64,000 bases of DNA, from positions 9,933-73,932 of the forward strand of contig JAZRLI010000001.1 in assembly GCA_045646785.1 (NCBI GenBank). Reading direction: 5' to 3'. A program made the position numbers and the translations under genes. The DNA comes from Candidatus Cryptobacteroides sp. GTDB lineage: Bacteria > Bacteroidota > Bacteroidia > Bacteroidales > UBA932. The notes below the pieces were generated by a model that was not told where the DNA came from, made no database searches, and saw only the letters and a program-made list of their open reading frames with translations. Within the stretch, counting starts at the first letter, position 1; each line of letters begins with the position of its first letter. Shown here in pieces: positions 10,009 to 19,779 of the stretch.

Positions 10009-11772
10009 TTATCTGATTTCGATTGTCTTGCCATGTTTCTCAGCCACGACAGCCTTCCATACGTCGGTGTAGCCCGGCTGGGTGATGCCGTCAGGAATGC
10101 AGTCTGTATGCTCGTTGGTCACGAAGCTTCCGTCGGCGTTCTGTGCCTTCACGTTTCCGTCGATGTACTTCACGAGGAGGAGCTGCTCGAGTGCCACCCA
10201 CTTGTCGAAGATCTTCTGTGCGTTGTCCACAGAGAATGCTGTAAGGTAGTCGCGTACTCCTGAATATGGATCGACTGTCTTGCGTACCTTGTCGTTGCGG
10301 CGGATCTTCTTGCGTGGCTGGCTGTCGGCTGCCTTGTAGATGGCGAGAGCCTCTTCGTCAGCCTTCTTCACTGCCTCCATCATCGCGTTTTCCCATGCGT
10401 CGATCTCAGCGTCGACTGTAGGGAACATGATGTTGTATGCCTTGTAGCATGCGTTTGCAACGCGGTTTGTCATCCAGAATGCGGATGTAGGAGAGTAGGT
10501 GATCATGTTGCCGTTTCCTACGCGGAAGCACTCAGGAACCTCTTTTGTCGATGTGTAGATAGGGGTGAGGTATGATGTGGCGGCATCGTCGCATCCGAAC
10601 CAGTTCACGCCTCCGATCTCGTCAGGAAGCCATCCGCGAGACTGTCCCACGAACCAGAATCCTGTCTGCTGGGTAGCGATCGCCCTCTCGTTTGTATACT
10701 CCTTGCCCTCATATTCGAAGCTCATAGGTCTCCAGCGGTATGGGAGTGCGTTTCCGCCTGCTCCGATATCCTGAGTCATGTCCATAGGAGTGCCTTCGTA
10801 GTGGTCACGCATCACGTCAGCGACGTTCTTCACGCTGATCTTGCGTGCAGGCTTCACGAAGAGAGGGAATCTCTTGCTCTTGTCCCATCCCATCGCGTAG
10901 TCGATATAGTCGTATGAGTCCTTTGTCACGATGTTTCCGTTCTCGTCCACGAATGTGAACTTGCCGTCGCAGAGGATGTTGAACGCAGCCCATGCTCGTG
11001 CGTCGCAACCTCTCATTCCGCTGAAGTCGAGCGGTGCATATGCGTCGCAGAAGCTGAACTCCTTGTCCTCGCCGCTGAAGTAGCCCTTCTCGCGTGCGAA
11101 TGTGATCACGTCAGGAGCATACATGCAGTTCTCAGGGTCATTGAGAGGGAAGGTGCTGATGCGGGCCTGGTTTGCGTGAGCGCAGATGTATCCGTCAGGA
11201 ACGCGACGTGCTACCCATACGATTCCCTTGTTGTCCGGTCCCTTTCCGATGAGGTCCATTACCCATACTTCCTCTGTGTCGGCGATCGAGAATGACTCGC
11301 CGCTCGAGTAGTAGCCGTATGTGTTTGCGAGGTCCACGATCACATTGATCGCCTCGCGTGCGGTCTTCGCTCTTTCGAGTGCCACGTAGATGAGTGAACC
11401 GTAGTCCATGATTCCCTTAGGGTCCTCGAGTTCAGGACGGCCGCCGTATGTGGTCTCGGCGATGATGAGCTGATGCTCGTTCATGTTGCCCACGCGCTGG
11501 TATGTCCTTGGAACCTGCGGGATATGGCCGAGGAATTTTCCTGTGTCCCATTCGTTTATCTGGCGCATGTCGCCCTCCTGCCATACTCCGGCAGGGCTGA
11601 AATAGAGTTCTCCGTAGAGCTGGTGCGAGTCAGCCGCATATGATATCATGTTGGATCCGTCAGTGCTGGCTCCCTTTGTCACCAGTACGTTTGTACAGGC
11701 CTGGCTTTCTATGCTTGAAAAGCCGATGATGGCCATGAAGGATGATAGGATTGCTGTAGAAAGTCTTCTCAT
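10009..11772 (-). CDS. C69 family dipeptidase (Ntn hydrolase)
   Basis: Signal peptide then CTNVLVTKGASTDGS (N-terminal Cys nucleophile), GNMNEHQLIIAETTYGGR. Confidence 0.92.
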   Translation of the reverse strand: MRRLSTAILSSFMAIIGFSSIESQACTNVLVTKGASTDGSNMISYAADSHQLYGELYFSPAGVWQEGDMRQINEWDTGKFLGHIPQVPRTYQRVGNMNEHQLIIAETTYGGRPELEDPKGIMDYGSLIYVALERAKTAREAINVIVDLANTYGYYSSGESFSIADTEEVWVMDLIGKGPDNKGIVWVARRVPDGYICAHANQARISTFPLNDPENCMYAPDVITFAREKGYFSGEDKEFSFCDAYAPLDFSGMRGCDARAWAAFNILCDGKFTFVDENGNIVTKDSYDYIDYAMGWDKSKRFPLFVKPARKISVKNVADVMRDHYEGTPMDMTQDIGAGGNALPYRWRPMSFEYEGKEYTNERAIATQQTGFWFVGQSRGWLPDEIGGVNWFGCDDAATSYLTPIYTSTKEVPECFRVGNGNMITYSPTSAFWMTNRVANACYKAYNIMFPTVDAEIDAWENAMMEAVKKADEEALAIYKAADSQPRKKIRRNDKVRKTVDPYSGVRDYLTAFSVDNAQKIFDKWVALEQLLLVKYIDGNVKAQNADGSFVTNEHTDCIPDGITQPGYTDVWKAVVAEKHGKTIEIR

Positions 11773-11852
11773 TTTGTACTTTTATTATTATTAATTACTT
11801 TTGTGTTCTGTTTTGCACACTAATATGCAAAACTACAAAAAAAATGAATGTT

Positions 11853-12278
11853 ATGAAAGTGAATCCGATTGTTCTATCGGCGTTTGTACTGCTTTTATCA
11901 GTGATTTTCCCGGCTTCCATGAATGCTCAGCAGCAGAGTGAGCAGGATGTGGCCATGCATGCCCAGGAAGAGGCTGACAGGCTCCAGAGGGTTCTTGACC
12001 TTGACGATTGGCAGGCTTTCTATGTGGACTCGACCCTGCAGCATGACCTCGCTCAGATCGTGACTGAATTCGAGAAGATGCAGGCGTCCAAGGTCGGAAA
12101 CGTATCTCTCTATCAGAGCGTCCAGGATAAATGGAGGGAGCAGATAGATGAGACATACAAGAAGATATTTACTGAAGAGCAGTGGGCCGTCTATCTGAAG
12201 ATGGGTGGCGCAAAGGCCATCAAGGCCCGTGAGAAGCGCAAGGCCAAGGCTCAGGGTGAAACCGGTAAGAAGAAATAA
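11853..12278 (+). CDS. Exported hypothetical helical protein
   Basis: Signal peptide ending ASMNA; helical charged body; co-oriented with nitroreductase and pheS (alternative start 11844). Confidence 0.75.
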   Translation: MKVNPIVLSAFVLLLSVIFPASMNAQQQSEQDVAMHAQEEADRLQRVLDLDDWQAFYVDSTLQHDLAQIVTEFEKMQASKVGNVSLYQSVQDKWREQIDETYKKIFTEEQWAVYLKMGGAKAIKAREKRKAKAQGETGKKK

Positions 12279-12284
12279 CAGATT

Positions 12285-12764
12285 ATGGATTTTTTAGAGG
12301 TAATAGAGAAAAGACGCAGTGTCAGGAAGTATTCTGACAGGCCTGTCGAAAAGGAAATTCTTGACGCGATAGTGAAGGTGGCCCAGACTGCTCCTTCGTC
12401 ACGCAACTGCAAGAGTTCCGCATTCATGATTGTCGAGGACAAGGATACCCTTGTCGCTCTTTCCCAGATGCGTGATTCTGGTGCAGCCCTCCTTTCGGGA
12501 GCCCAGGCGGCTATTGTCGTGATGGGTGATGAGACCAAGACCGACCTTTGGGTGGACAACTGTGCAATTTCTTCGACTTTCGTGCAGCTGGCGGTTACAG
12601 CCATGGACCTTGTAAGCTGCTGGGTACACTGCAACGGCCGTCCGCGCCTCAAGAGCGAGCCGGATGGTGAGAAGGCTGAGGATTATGTGACTGAACTCCT
12701 CGGCATCAAGGATGGCCTCCGTCCATACTGTGTAATCGCTATCGGATATCCGGTAGAGGAATAG
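12285..12764 (+). CDS. Nitroreductase family protein
   Basis: RRSVRKY, APSSRN, LVSCW, IAIGYP motifs. Confidence 0.92.
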   Translation: MDFLEVIEKRRSVRKYSDRPVEKEILDAIVKVAQTAPSSRNCKSSAFMIVEDKDTLVALSQMRDSGAALLSGAQAAIVVMGDETKTDLWVDNCAISSTFVQLAVTAMDLVSCWVHCNGRPRLKSEPDGEKAEDYVTELLGIKDGLRPYCVIAIGYPVEE

Positions 12765-12790
12765 AAGTTTGAAATTTAACAGAACGAAAT

Positions 12791-13816
12791 ATGCGAGAAA
12801 GAATTGAAGCCTTGATGGCTGAAATAGAGGCTTTGTCGTGCAAGACAGAGCAGGAGATCGAGGAAGCTCGTGTCCGCCTTCTCGGCAAGAAGGGAGAGGT
12901 GACAAAGCTTTTCGAGGAATTCAGGACAGTTGCTCCTGAGCAGAAGAGGGAATTCGGACAGAAGCTCAATGTCCTCAAGAATACAGCTGCGGCAAAGATC
13001 GAGGCTCTCAAGGAGGCTGCTGCAGAGTCGCCTGCTGCAGGTGCTGCGGCATACGACTACACAATGCCTGGAGACCCTGTAGGTCTCGGTTCGCGCCACC
13101 CGGTATCGATTGCCCGCGAGGAGATCGTAAGCATCTTCCGCAAGTTCGGATATGATGTGGCTGAAGGTCCGGAGGTAGAGGATGACTGGCATGTGTTCGA
13201 GGCGCTCAACTTCCCGCCTGAGCACCCGGCCCGCGAGATGCAGGATACATTCTTCATCAACGACAGCGACAATCCGGTGCTTCTCCGTACCCACACTTCT
13301 TCAGTACAGGTACGCGCGATGGAGAAGATGCCGCTTCCTATCCGTATCGTATGTCCGGGCCGTGTGTTCCGTAATGAGGCTATCTCTGCACGTGCACACT
13401 GTATCTTCCATCAGGTAGAGGGTCTCTACATCGATGAGAACGTGACTTTCGCTGACATGAAGCAGGCTATCCTCCTCTTCGCACGTGAAATGTTCGGTGC
13501 TCAGTCGCAGATCCGTATGCGTCCTTCATACTTCCCGTTCACCGAGCCTTCTGCAGAGGTGGATGTAAGCTGCAACATCTGCGGTGGAAAGGGCTGCAAC
13601 ATCTGTAAGGGAACCGGCTGGCTCGAGATCATGGGCTGCGGTATGGTAGATCCTAACGTCCTTGAGGCTTCAGGAATCGACAGCAAAAAGTACAGCGGCT
13701 TCGCATTCGGTATGGGTGTAGAGCGTATCGCGATGCTCAAGTGGCAGGTTCGTGACCTCAGAAACTACTTCGAGAACGACCTTCGCTTCCTTAAGGAATT
13801 CGAGACTTCACTGTAA
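12791..13816 (+). CDS. pheS: Phenylalanine--tRNA ligase alpha subunit
   Basis: HPAREMQDTF, LLRTHTSSVQ, FHQVEGL, YFPFTEPS, GFAFGMGVER. Confidence 0.97.
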   Translation: MRERIEALMAEIEALSCKTEQEIEEARVRLLGKKGEVTKLFEEFRTVAPEQKREFGQKLNVLKNTAAAKIEALKEAAAESPAAGAAAYDYTMPGDPVGLGSRHPVSIAREEIVSIFRKFGYDVAEGPEVEDDWHVFEALNFPPEHPAREMQDTFFINDSDNPVLLRTHTSSVQVRAMEKMPLPIRIVCPGRVFRNEAISARAHCIFHQVEGLYIDENVTFADMKQAILLFAREMFGAQSQIRMRPSYFPFTEPSAEVDVSCNICGGKGCNICKGTGWLEIMGCGMVDPNVLEASGIDSKKYSGFAFGMGVERIAMLKWQVRDLRNYFENDLRFLKEFETSL

Positions 13817-13915
13817 TTTTATAGCAAAAAATGATCGGCTCTTCGCTTCTGAAGGGCCGATTTTGGCTAAAAAACACATTTTTTGCAATTTTTTTGAAAA
13901 AAAAGTGCGGAAAAA

Positions 13916-13946
13916 TTTGGAAGTAAAAAAAATCTTCGTACCTTTG
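13916..13946 (+). promoter_or_regulatory. Bacteroidota -33/-7 promoter of tRNA-Gly
   Basis: TTTG 13916-13919, 19-bp spacer, TACCTTTG 13939-13946; A/T tracts upstream. Confidence 0.8.
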
Positions 13947-13966
13947 CAATCCCGTTCGGGAAATAT

Positions 13967-14039
13967 GCGGAAATAGCTCAGTTGGTAGAGCACAACCTTG
14001 CCAAGGTTGGGGTCGCGAGTTCGAGTCTCGTTTTCCGCT
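13967..14039 (+). tRNA. tRNA-Gly (GCC)
   Basis: GCGGAAA/TTTCCGC acceptor stem, CAACC-TT GCC AA-GGTTG anticodon arm, TTCGA T-loop; CCA not encoded. Confidence 0.97.
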
Positions 14040-14050
14040 CTAAAAACAAA

Positions 14051-14072
14051 AAGTCAGCAGAAATGCTGACTT
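14051..14072 (+). terminator. Hairpin downstream of tRNA-Gly
   Basis: AAGTCAGCA-GAAA-TGCTGACTT; a second U-tailed hairpin follows at about 14111-14140. Confidence 0.65.
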
Positions 14073-14181
14073 AACTTTTGAAATCACCCGACGGGGTTCA
14101 ATTATATGCAGGTCGTCCATTACTATGGTCGGCTTTTTTTATTATATTTGCATCATACTTGAAGTGTATTTTTGGGCGAGG

Positions 14182-17037
14182 ATGAGAAAGTTATTGGTGC
14201 ATATTCTGATTGTTTCGGCCGCTCTCATGGCCATGTCGGTAACCTGGTTTGGGTTATCTGCCCAAAACGCACCATCACGTCTTCATGAAATCTCGGGAAA
14301 TGTTGCTGAATATGCAACCGACATCCCTGTCGTAGGTGCAGCTGTGAGACTCGGCGACGATTATCTCTGGACGACTACCGATCTGGACGGCAATTTCTCC
14401 CTTTCGAAGGTTCAGCCTGGTAAATATGTGCTTGAGGTCTCATGCCTCGGCTATGTCAGCGTCTCTATGGAGGTGGATGTCGTGAAGGACATCGATGGAC
14501 TTGAGTTCCGTCTGCATGAAAGTTCCCTTGCCTTGGACGAGGTGGTAGTGACCGCCCAGAAGGCCAAGGACGGCCTGAGTACATCGCATAATCTCGGCCG
14601 AGATGCACTCAACCATCTTCAGATGTCGAACATGACCGATGTGGCATCCCTCCTCCCCGGAGGAAAGACCGTAAATCCTGACCTTACCGTAGAAAACACA
14701 TTCTCCCTCAGGGAAGGAGGCTCGACCCTCGGCAACTCTGCTTTCGGTACCGCAGTGGAGGTGGATGGAGTCAGGATAGGCAACAATGCCTCGTTCGGAA
14801 GCATGCAGGGAGTAGATACGAGAAGCGTAGCAGTCGAGAACATCGAATCCATCGAGGTCATTACCGGCGTTCCTTCTGCGGAATACGGCGACCTCAACAG
14901 CGGTATGGTGAAGATAAACACCCGCAAGGGCCGCACTCCGATCAATGTGACATTCTCCGTGAATCCGCGCACATATCAGACATCGGTGTCGAAGGGTATC
15001 GACCTTCAGAAAAAGAACGGAATCCTTAACGTGAGCGCAGAGTGGGCAAAGGCGGTGAAGAACATAGTTTCTCCTTACCAGTCATACACCCGCAGCGGCA
15101 TAACCCTGAACTACAGCAATACATTCGCGGACGTACTGAAGTTCGAGGCCGGATTTACCGGCAATCTCGGCGGCATGAATTCCAAGGACGACCCGGATGC
15201 ATTTACCGGCGAATACGAGAAGGCAAGGGACAATGTCTTCCGCGGAAACGCATCCCTTACCTGGCTTCTCAACAGATCATGGATAACCAATCTTAGTCTT
15301 GACGCTTCGGTCAGCTTCCACGATGACCTTCATCTCCATCATGGATTCCATACTTATGGATCCCAGCAGCCTGCCGTCCATTCGCAGACTGAAGGATATT
15401 TCCTTGCAGACCGCTTGCCTCTTACCTTCTTCTCGGATCAGGTCACCGATTCGAAGGAACTGGACTATGCCGCCTCCCTCAAATACAACTGGCACAGGAG
15501 CATGAATGAAGTCAGAAGCACTCTCAAGGCCGGTGTGCAGTGGAAGGCGAGCGGAAATGCAGGTCAGGGCGAATACTACAAGGACCCGTCACTTGCGGCA
15601 AACGGCTACAGACCCCGTCCTTATACGGACTATCCGTTCATGCATAACCTTTCTGCGTATGTGGAGGAGCATCTTGTGGTCCCTGTCGCGCAGACAAGAC
15701 TTGACGTGACCGCAGGTCTCCGAATGGAGAATGTGTTCATTCCGGGCTCTCTCTACGGCAACAAGACGACCTTCTCGCCGAGATTCAACGCCAAATGGAA
15801 GCTTTCGGACGGGTTCTCCGTCAGGGGAGGCTGGGGCGTGACCGAGAAGCTCCCGTCCTATCATATCCTCTATCCTAAGCAGGAATACAGGGACATACAG
15901 TCCTTCGGCTTCTCTTACGGGGAGGGTACAAGCTATGTATATTACACCCAGCCGTACACAGTACGATACAATCCTGACCTGAAGTGGCAGAGGAACAGCA
16001 ACGCTGAACTTGGAATCGATGCGGAGTTCCTGGGCACGACCCTTTCGCTTGTGGGATTCTACAATGTGACCAGGAACCCTTATAACTTCCTGGATGTGTA
16101 CGATCCGTTCTCATACAACATCCTTCAGCGTCCGGAAGGCTTCGACATGCCGGGAAATCCTCAGATGAAGATAGACAACCAGACAGGAATGGTTTACCTC
16201 AGGGGCAGTGACGATGAGTACTGGACCCCGATGGACGTCAAGGTTACGGACCGTACATTCGTGAAGTCGAGCCAGCAGAACAACGGTGCGGACATCCGCC
16301 GTGCCGGTGCCGAGATGGTCCTGGAATTTCCGGAGATAAAGCCTTTGCGCACGACCCTCCGCCTCGATGCCTCATATGCATATACCCATTACATCAATGA
16401 TCAGCTGTCATATTACTACCAGAACGGATGGTCGCATACATACCTTCCGGACAGGTCATATCAGTATGTCGGAATCTATGCCAACGGCGGCAGCACGAAT
16501 GCGGTCATAAACGGAAAGGTCACCCATAACCTCGACGCCAATCTTACGGCAATCACCCATATCCCGCAGGTACGTCTGATCATCACATGCCGTCTTGAGA
16601 TGTCGCTTCTGAGAAGGAGCCGAAACCTGTCGAGATATGACGGAAAGGATTATGCGTTTACTGTCAGCGAGGCTGACAAGACACCTACAGGAGGTGACAT
16701 CAGTGACGGAAATTCATATACCGCTGTCTATCCTGTGGCATACATGGACCTTGACGGAAAGGTCCATCCGTTTACGGCGGAGCAGGCGGCGGATCCGGAT
16801 TTCGCCAGCCTTATCCTGAAGTCGGCAAACGTATACACATTCGCCCTGGACGGCTACAGCCCGTACATGTCGGCGAACCTGAGCATAACAAAGGAGATAG
16901 GAGACCATGTCTCGCTGTCGTTCTTTGCAAACAACTTTACTAACTCGAGACCATATGTGAAGTCGATCGCGACCGGAGTCGGTGCGATCTTCACTCCTGC
17001 CTTCTACTATGGTCTTACATGCAGATTGAAGTTCTGA
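14182..17037 (+). CDS. TonB-dependent receptor with N-terminal carboxypeptidase-regulatory-like domain
   Basis: Signal peptide (start re-set to MRKLLVH; promoter TATATTTG 14143-14150), LDEVVVTA, plug IESIEVITGVPSAEYGD, C-terminal Phe. Confidence 0.92.
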   Translation: MRKLLVHILIVSAALMAMSVTWFGLSAQNAPSRLHEISGNVAEYATDIPVVGAAVRLGDDYLWTTTDLDGNFSLSKVQPGKYVLEVSCLGYVSVSMEVDVVKDIDGLEFRLHESSLALDEVVVTAQKAKDGLSTSHNLGRDALNHLQMSNMTDVASLLPGGKTVNPDLTVENTFSLREGGSTLGNSAFGTAVEVDGVRIGNNASFGSMQGVDTRSVAVENIESIEVITGVPSAEYGDLNSGMVKINTRKGRTPINVTFSVNPRTYQTSVSKGIDLQKKNGILNVSAEWAKAVKNIVSPYQSYTRSGITLNYSNTFADVLKFEAGFTGNLGGMNSKDDPDAFTGEYEKARDNVFRGNASLTWLLNRSWITNLSLDASVSFHDDLHLHHGFHTYGSQQPAVHSQTEGYFLADRLPLTFFSDQVTDSKELDYAASLKYNWHRSMNEVRSTLKAGVQWKASGNAGQGEYYKDPSLAANGYRPRPYTDYPFMHNLSAYVEEHLVVPVAQTRLDVTAGLRMENVFIPGSLYGNKTTFSPRFNAKWKLSDGFSVRGGWGVTEKLPSYHILYPKQEYRDIQSFGFSYGEGTSYVYYTQPYTVRYNPDLKWQRNSNAELGIDAEFLGTTLSLVGFYNVTRNPYNFLDVYDPFSYNILQRPEGFDMPGNPQMKIDNQTGMVYLRGSDDEYWTPMDVKVTDRTFVKSSQQNNGADIRRAGAEMVLEFPEIKPLRTTLRLDASYAYTHYINDQLSYYYQNGWSHTYLPDRSYQYVGIYANGGSTNAVINGKVTHNLDANLTAITHIPQVRLIITCRLEMSLLRRSRNLSRYDGKDYAFTVSEADKTPTGGDISDGNSYTAVYPVAYMDLDGKVHPFTAEQAADPDFASLILKSANVYTFALDGYSPYMSANLSITKEIGDHVSLSFFANNFTNSRPYVKSIATGVGAIFTPAFYYGLTCRLKF

Positions 17038-18257
17038 TGAAGAAGTTTATATACATATTGGGCATGGTGCTGCTCGCGGCAGGATGCTTGAACCTCGGGG
17101 ATTCGGATCCATACGAGGGGGGACTTAATGTCCTGACCGTGGCTGCCCAGTGGCCGGAGGGGGATTTTGACCTTGAGGGTGCATCAGTGACTGTTGAAAA
17201 CATCGCCAACGGCAGCAGGTACCTGTCCTCGACCGATGCTTCCGGATGTGCTTCCCTTACCCTTCCGAACGGCATGTACCGCGTGAATCTCAACGGAAAG
17301 GACGGTGACGACATCTTCAACGGTGCAGCCGACAAGGTGGTGCTTTCGGGCAGGGACCTTACCCTGAACCTGCGTGTGTCAGTTTCCAGGTCAGGCGCCC
17401 TTGTCATCAAGGAAATCTACTGCGGAGGCTGCAAGAGGCTTCCTCAGGAGGGCAACTACATGCACGATCAGTACTTCATCATCCACAACAACGACTTCAA
17501 GGTACAATACCTTGATTCCCTCTGTTTCGGAACGCTTTCTCCGTACAATTCCAACGGAAGCAACCCTTGGACGACAAAGGATCCGGCGACGGGCGACCTT
17601 ATCCTTCCTGACTTCCTTCCGATAATCCAGGCTGTATGGCAGTTCCCTGGCGACGGAGACGATTTCCCTCTCCAGCCTGGCGAGGATGCGGTTGTCTGCC
17701 TCAAGGGTGCGGTGGACCATGCGGCTCAGTATCCGCTTTCGGTCAACCTCAACAAGCCCGGCTATTTCGTCTGCTATAACAACACATACTTCCCGAATAC
17801 GACCAGCCATCCTGCGCCGGGCGACCGGATATCCGTCGACAGGTATCTCAAGGTCGTGATAAAGACCGGACAGGCCAATGCATATACGGTTTCCATCAGC
17901 TCTCCGACCTTGGTGATGTTCAGGTCGAAGGAGATGGCCATGGATGAATATGTCCGTCAGGCAGGCACGGTCGTGCCGGTTCCGGGCAGTACCGTGGACA
18001 ATGTCGTGAAGATTCCTTTCGACTGGGTGGTCGATGCGGTAGAGGTGTTCGACGGTACGTCGTCGACAAACGCAAAGAGGCTTCCCGCCGCGATGGATGC
18101 AGGATATGTGGTGCAGACCGACCTTTATCTCGGACGTTCGCTCATGAGAAACGTCGATATGGTTGCAAGTGCTGCTGCAGGATATGAGGTTCTGGAGGAC
18201 ACCAACAACTCCATGAACGATTTTTATGAACGTGAAAGACAGTCATTGCATGAGTAG
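17037..18257 (+). CDS. DUF4876-type surface lipoprotein
   Basis: Lipobox LAAGC, LVIKEIYCGG, DQYFIIHNN, VVDAVE, LEDTNNSMNDF; ATG overlaps the receptor stop (TGATG). Confidence 0.8.
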   Translation: MKKFIYILGMVLLAAGCLNLGDSDPYEGGLNVLTVAAQWPEGDFDLEGASVTVENIANGSRYLSSTDASGCASLTLPNGMYRVNLNGKDGDDIFNGAADKVVLSGRDLTLNLRVSVSRSGALVIKEIYCGGCKRLPQEGNYMHDQYFIIHNNDFKVQYLDSLCFGTLSPYNSNGSNPWTTKDPATGDLILPDFLPIIQAVWQFPGDGDDFPLQPGEDAVVCLKGAVDHAAQYPLSVNLNKPGYFVCYNNTYFPNTTSHPAPGDRISVDRYLKVVIKTGQANAYTVSISSPTLVMFRSKEMAMDEYVRQAGTVVPVPGSTVDNVVKIPFDWVVDAVEVFDGTSSTNAKRLPAAMDAGYVVQTDLYLGRSLMRNVDMVASAAAGYEVLEDTNNSMNDFYERERQSLHE

Positions 18258-19755
18258 GGTAAGATACATATTGCTTCTTTGCCTGCTTGTCTGCAGCATG
18301 GCTGTCTCAGCCCAGACCTTCAGCGAGGTGGAGAGGAACAGCTTCTGGCAGGGTTCGCAGAATGTGGCCGGCATAAGGCTGGACAGCCTCTCACGCTCGT
18401 ATGCTGAGGCCTTCGGCAGATATGAGGAGGGTGGATTCCGTGACACATGGCAGGCGCCAAGGACATGGAGTGCAGGTGCCGTGACAGAGAGCGTCCGTCA
18501 TTTCGAGCGCATGTCGGTGACAGGATCGTTCGCGTTCGAGCAGACCGAAGGCTATGACATGTGCGGTTCCATGTTCATAAAGCCGGGATATTTCCCGATA
18601 GACGTGCTTGAATTCACGCCTGGTCGCAAGACCCTCCAGACATATTCGTTTGACGGCGGAATCGCCTATGACCTTGATGGAAGATGGACCATAGGAGCGA
18701 AGATGGACTTCGAGTCGGCCAACCTGGCAAAGCGCAAGGACCTCCGTCATGCGAACTGGTGGCTTGATTTCACCGTGGCTCCTGGCGTGATGTACCGCAG
18801 CGGTGACTGGGCGGTGGGACTTTCCCCTGTGTTCAGGAAGGTTGCTGAAACCATCGACGCAGAGCAGGTCGGAACTGCTGAATCTTCGTACTATGCCTTC
18901 CTTGACAAGGGCCTGATGTACGGTATCCATCAGGTATGGACCGGAAGCGGCATCCACCTGGAGGAGTCCGGAGTAAACGGGCTTCCGTTGAGGGAATATT
19001 CATACGGAGGTGCAGCTCAGATGCAGTACAGAGGCCTTTTTGCCGAAGTTCAGATGTCAAGGACATACGGTTCTGCGGGAGAAAAGGAATATATGTGGTT
19101 CAAGTTCCCGGGAATGAAGATGGATACGGATCTGAGGTACAGATGGACAGTCGACGACAGGGAAAGCAATGTCCGTCTTCATTATGACATGAAGCGTCAG
19201 CATACAGATGAAACCGTACTTGAAAAGATAAGTGAAAACGGCATCACAACCGTGCTGAACCATGGTTCCAACAGGATCTTCTCCAAGTCCTCATGGCGCA
19301 TTTCGCCGGAATACGAGATGCTTCACAGGATCATGGACATGAGGGCAGGTGCCGATTTTGAAGTGTCGGAAGGTGTAAGTTCGCAAGTTTATCCTTATAT
19401 TTACGCAAGGTCTCTGAAACATCTGTCTGCATATGTGGAAATCATGTTCCATTATGGTCGTCTCGATTTCGGAGCCAAGGGTACATACGGTACCGGATGG
19501 CTGAAGGAGTCGGAGAGGCTTGCTTCGGAAGGTTCGGGAGTGCAGTCGGTGCCGTTCAGGCTCCAGGAATGGTATGAAAGGCAGATGGAATACATGACAG
19601 CACGCCGTTTCCATGCGGACCTTATGCTGAGGTACAACTTCAGCCGCGGCATCTATATTGCAGCGGACATTAGATCGACAAAGGCTTTCGATCTTGACCA
19701 TTCTGACGATCCGAACCGTTTCTCGGCTACCGTGAAGGTCGGATATGATTTTTAG
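18250..19755 (+). CDS. Outer-membrane beta-barrel protein (DUF6850-like)
   Basis: Signal peptide, alternating aromatic strands, AKRKDLRH motif, C-terminal VGYDF; third gene of the TBDR-DUF4876 cassette. Confidence 0.7.
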   Translation: MSRVRYILLLCLLVCSMAVSAQTFSEVERNSFWQGSQNVAGIRLDSLSRSYAEAFGRYEEGGFRDTWQAPRTWSAGAVTESVRHFERMSVTGSFAFEQTEGYDMCGSMFIKPGYFPIDVLEFTPGRKTLQTYSFDGGIAYDLDGRWTIGAKMDFESANLAKRKDLRHANWWLDFTVAPGVMYRSGDWAVGLSPVFRKVAETIDAEQVGTAESSYYAFLDKGLMYGIHQVWTGSGIHLEESGVNGLPLREYSYGGAAQMQYRGLFAEVQMSRTYGSAGEKEYMWFKFPGMKMDTDLRYRWTVDDRESNVRLHYDMKRQHTDETVLEKISENGITTVLNHGSNRIFSKSSWRISPEYEMLHRIMDMRAGADFEVSEGVSSQVYPYIYARSLKHLSAYVEIMFHYGRLDFGAKGTYGTGWLKESERLASEGSGVQSVPFRLQEWYERQMEYMTARRFHADLMLRYNFSRGIYIAADIRSTKAFDLDHSDDPNRFSATVKVGYDF

Positions 19756-19779
19756 AAAATGATATAAAACGATACGATT

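Noticed and set aside
14073-14181. Cobalamin or TPP riboswitch before the TonB receptor
   Set aside because: No conserved aptamer motifs; the promoter lies only ~30 bp from the start codon.
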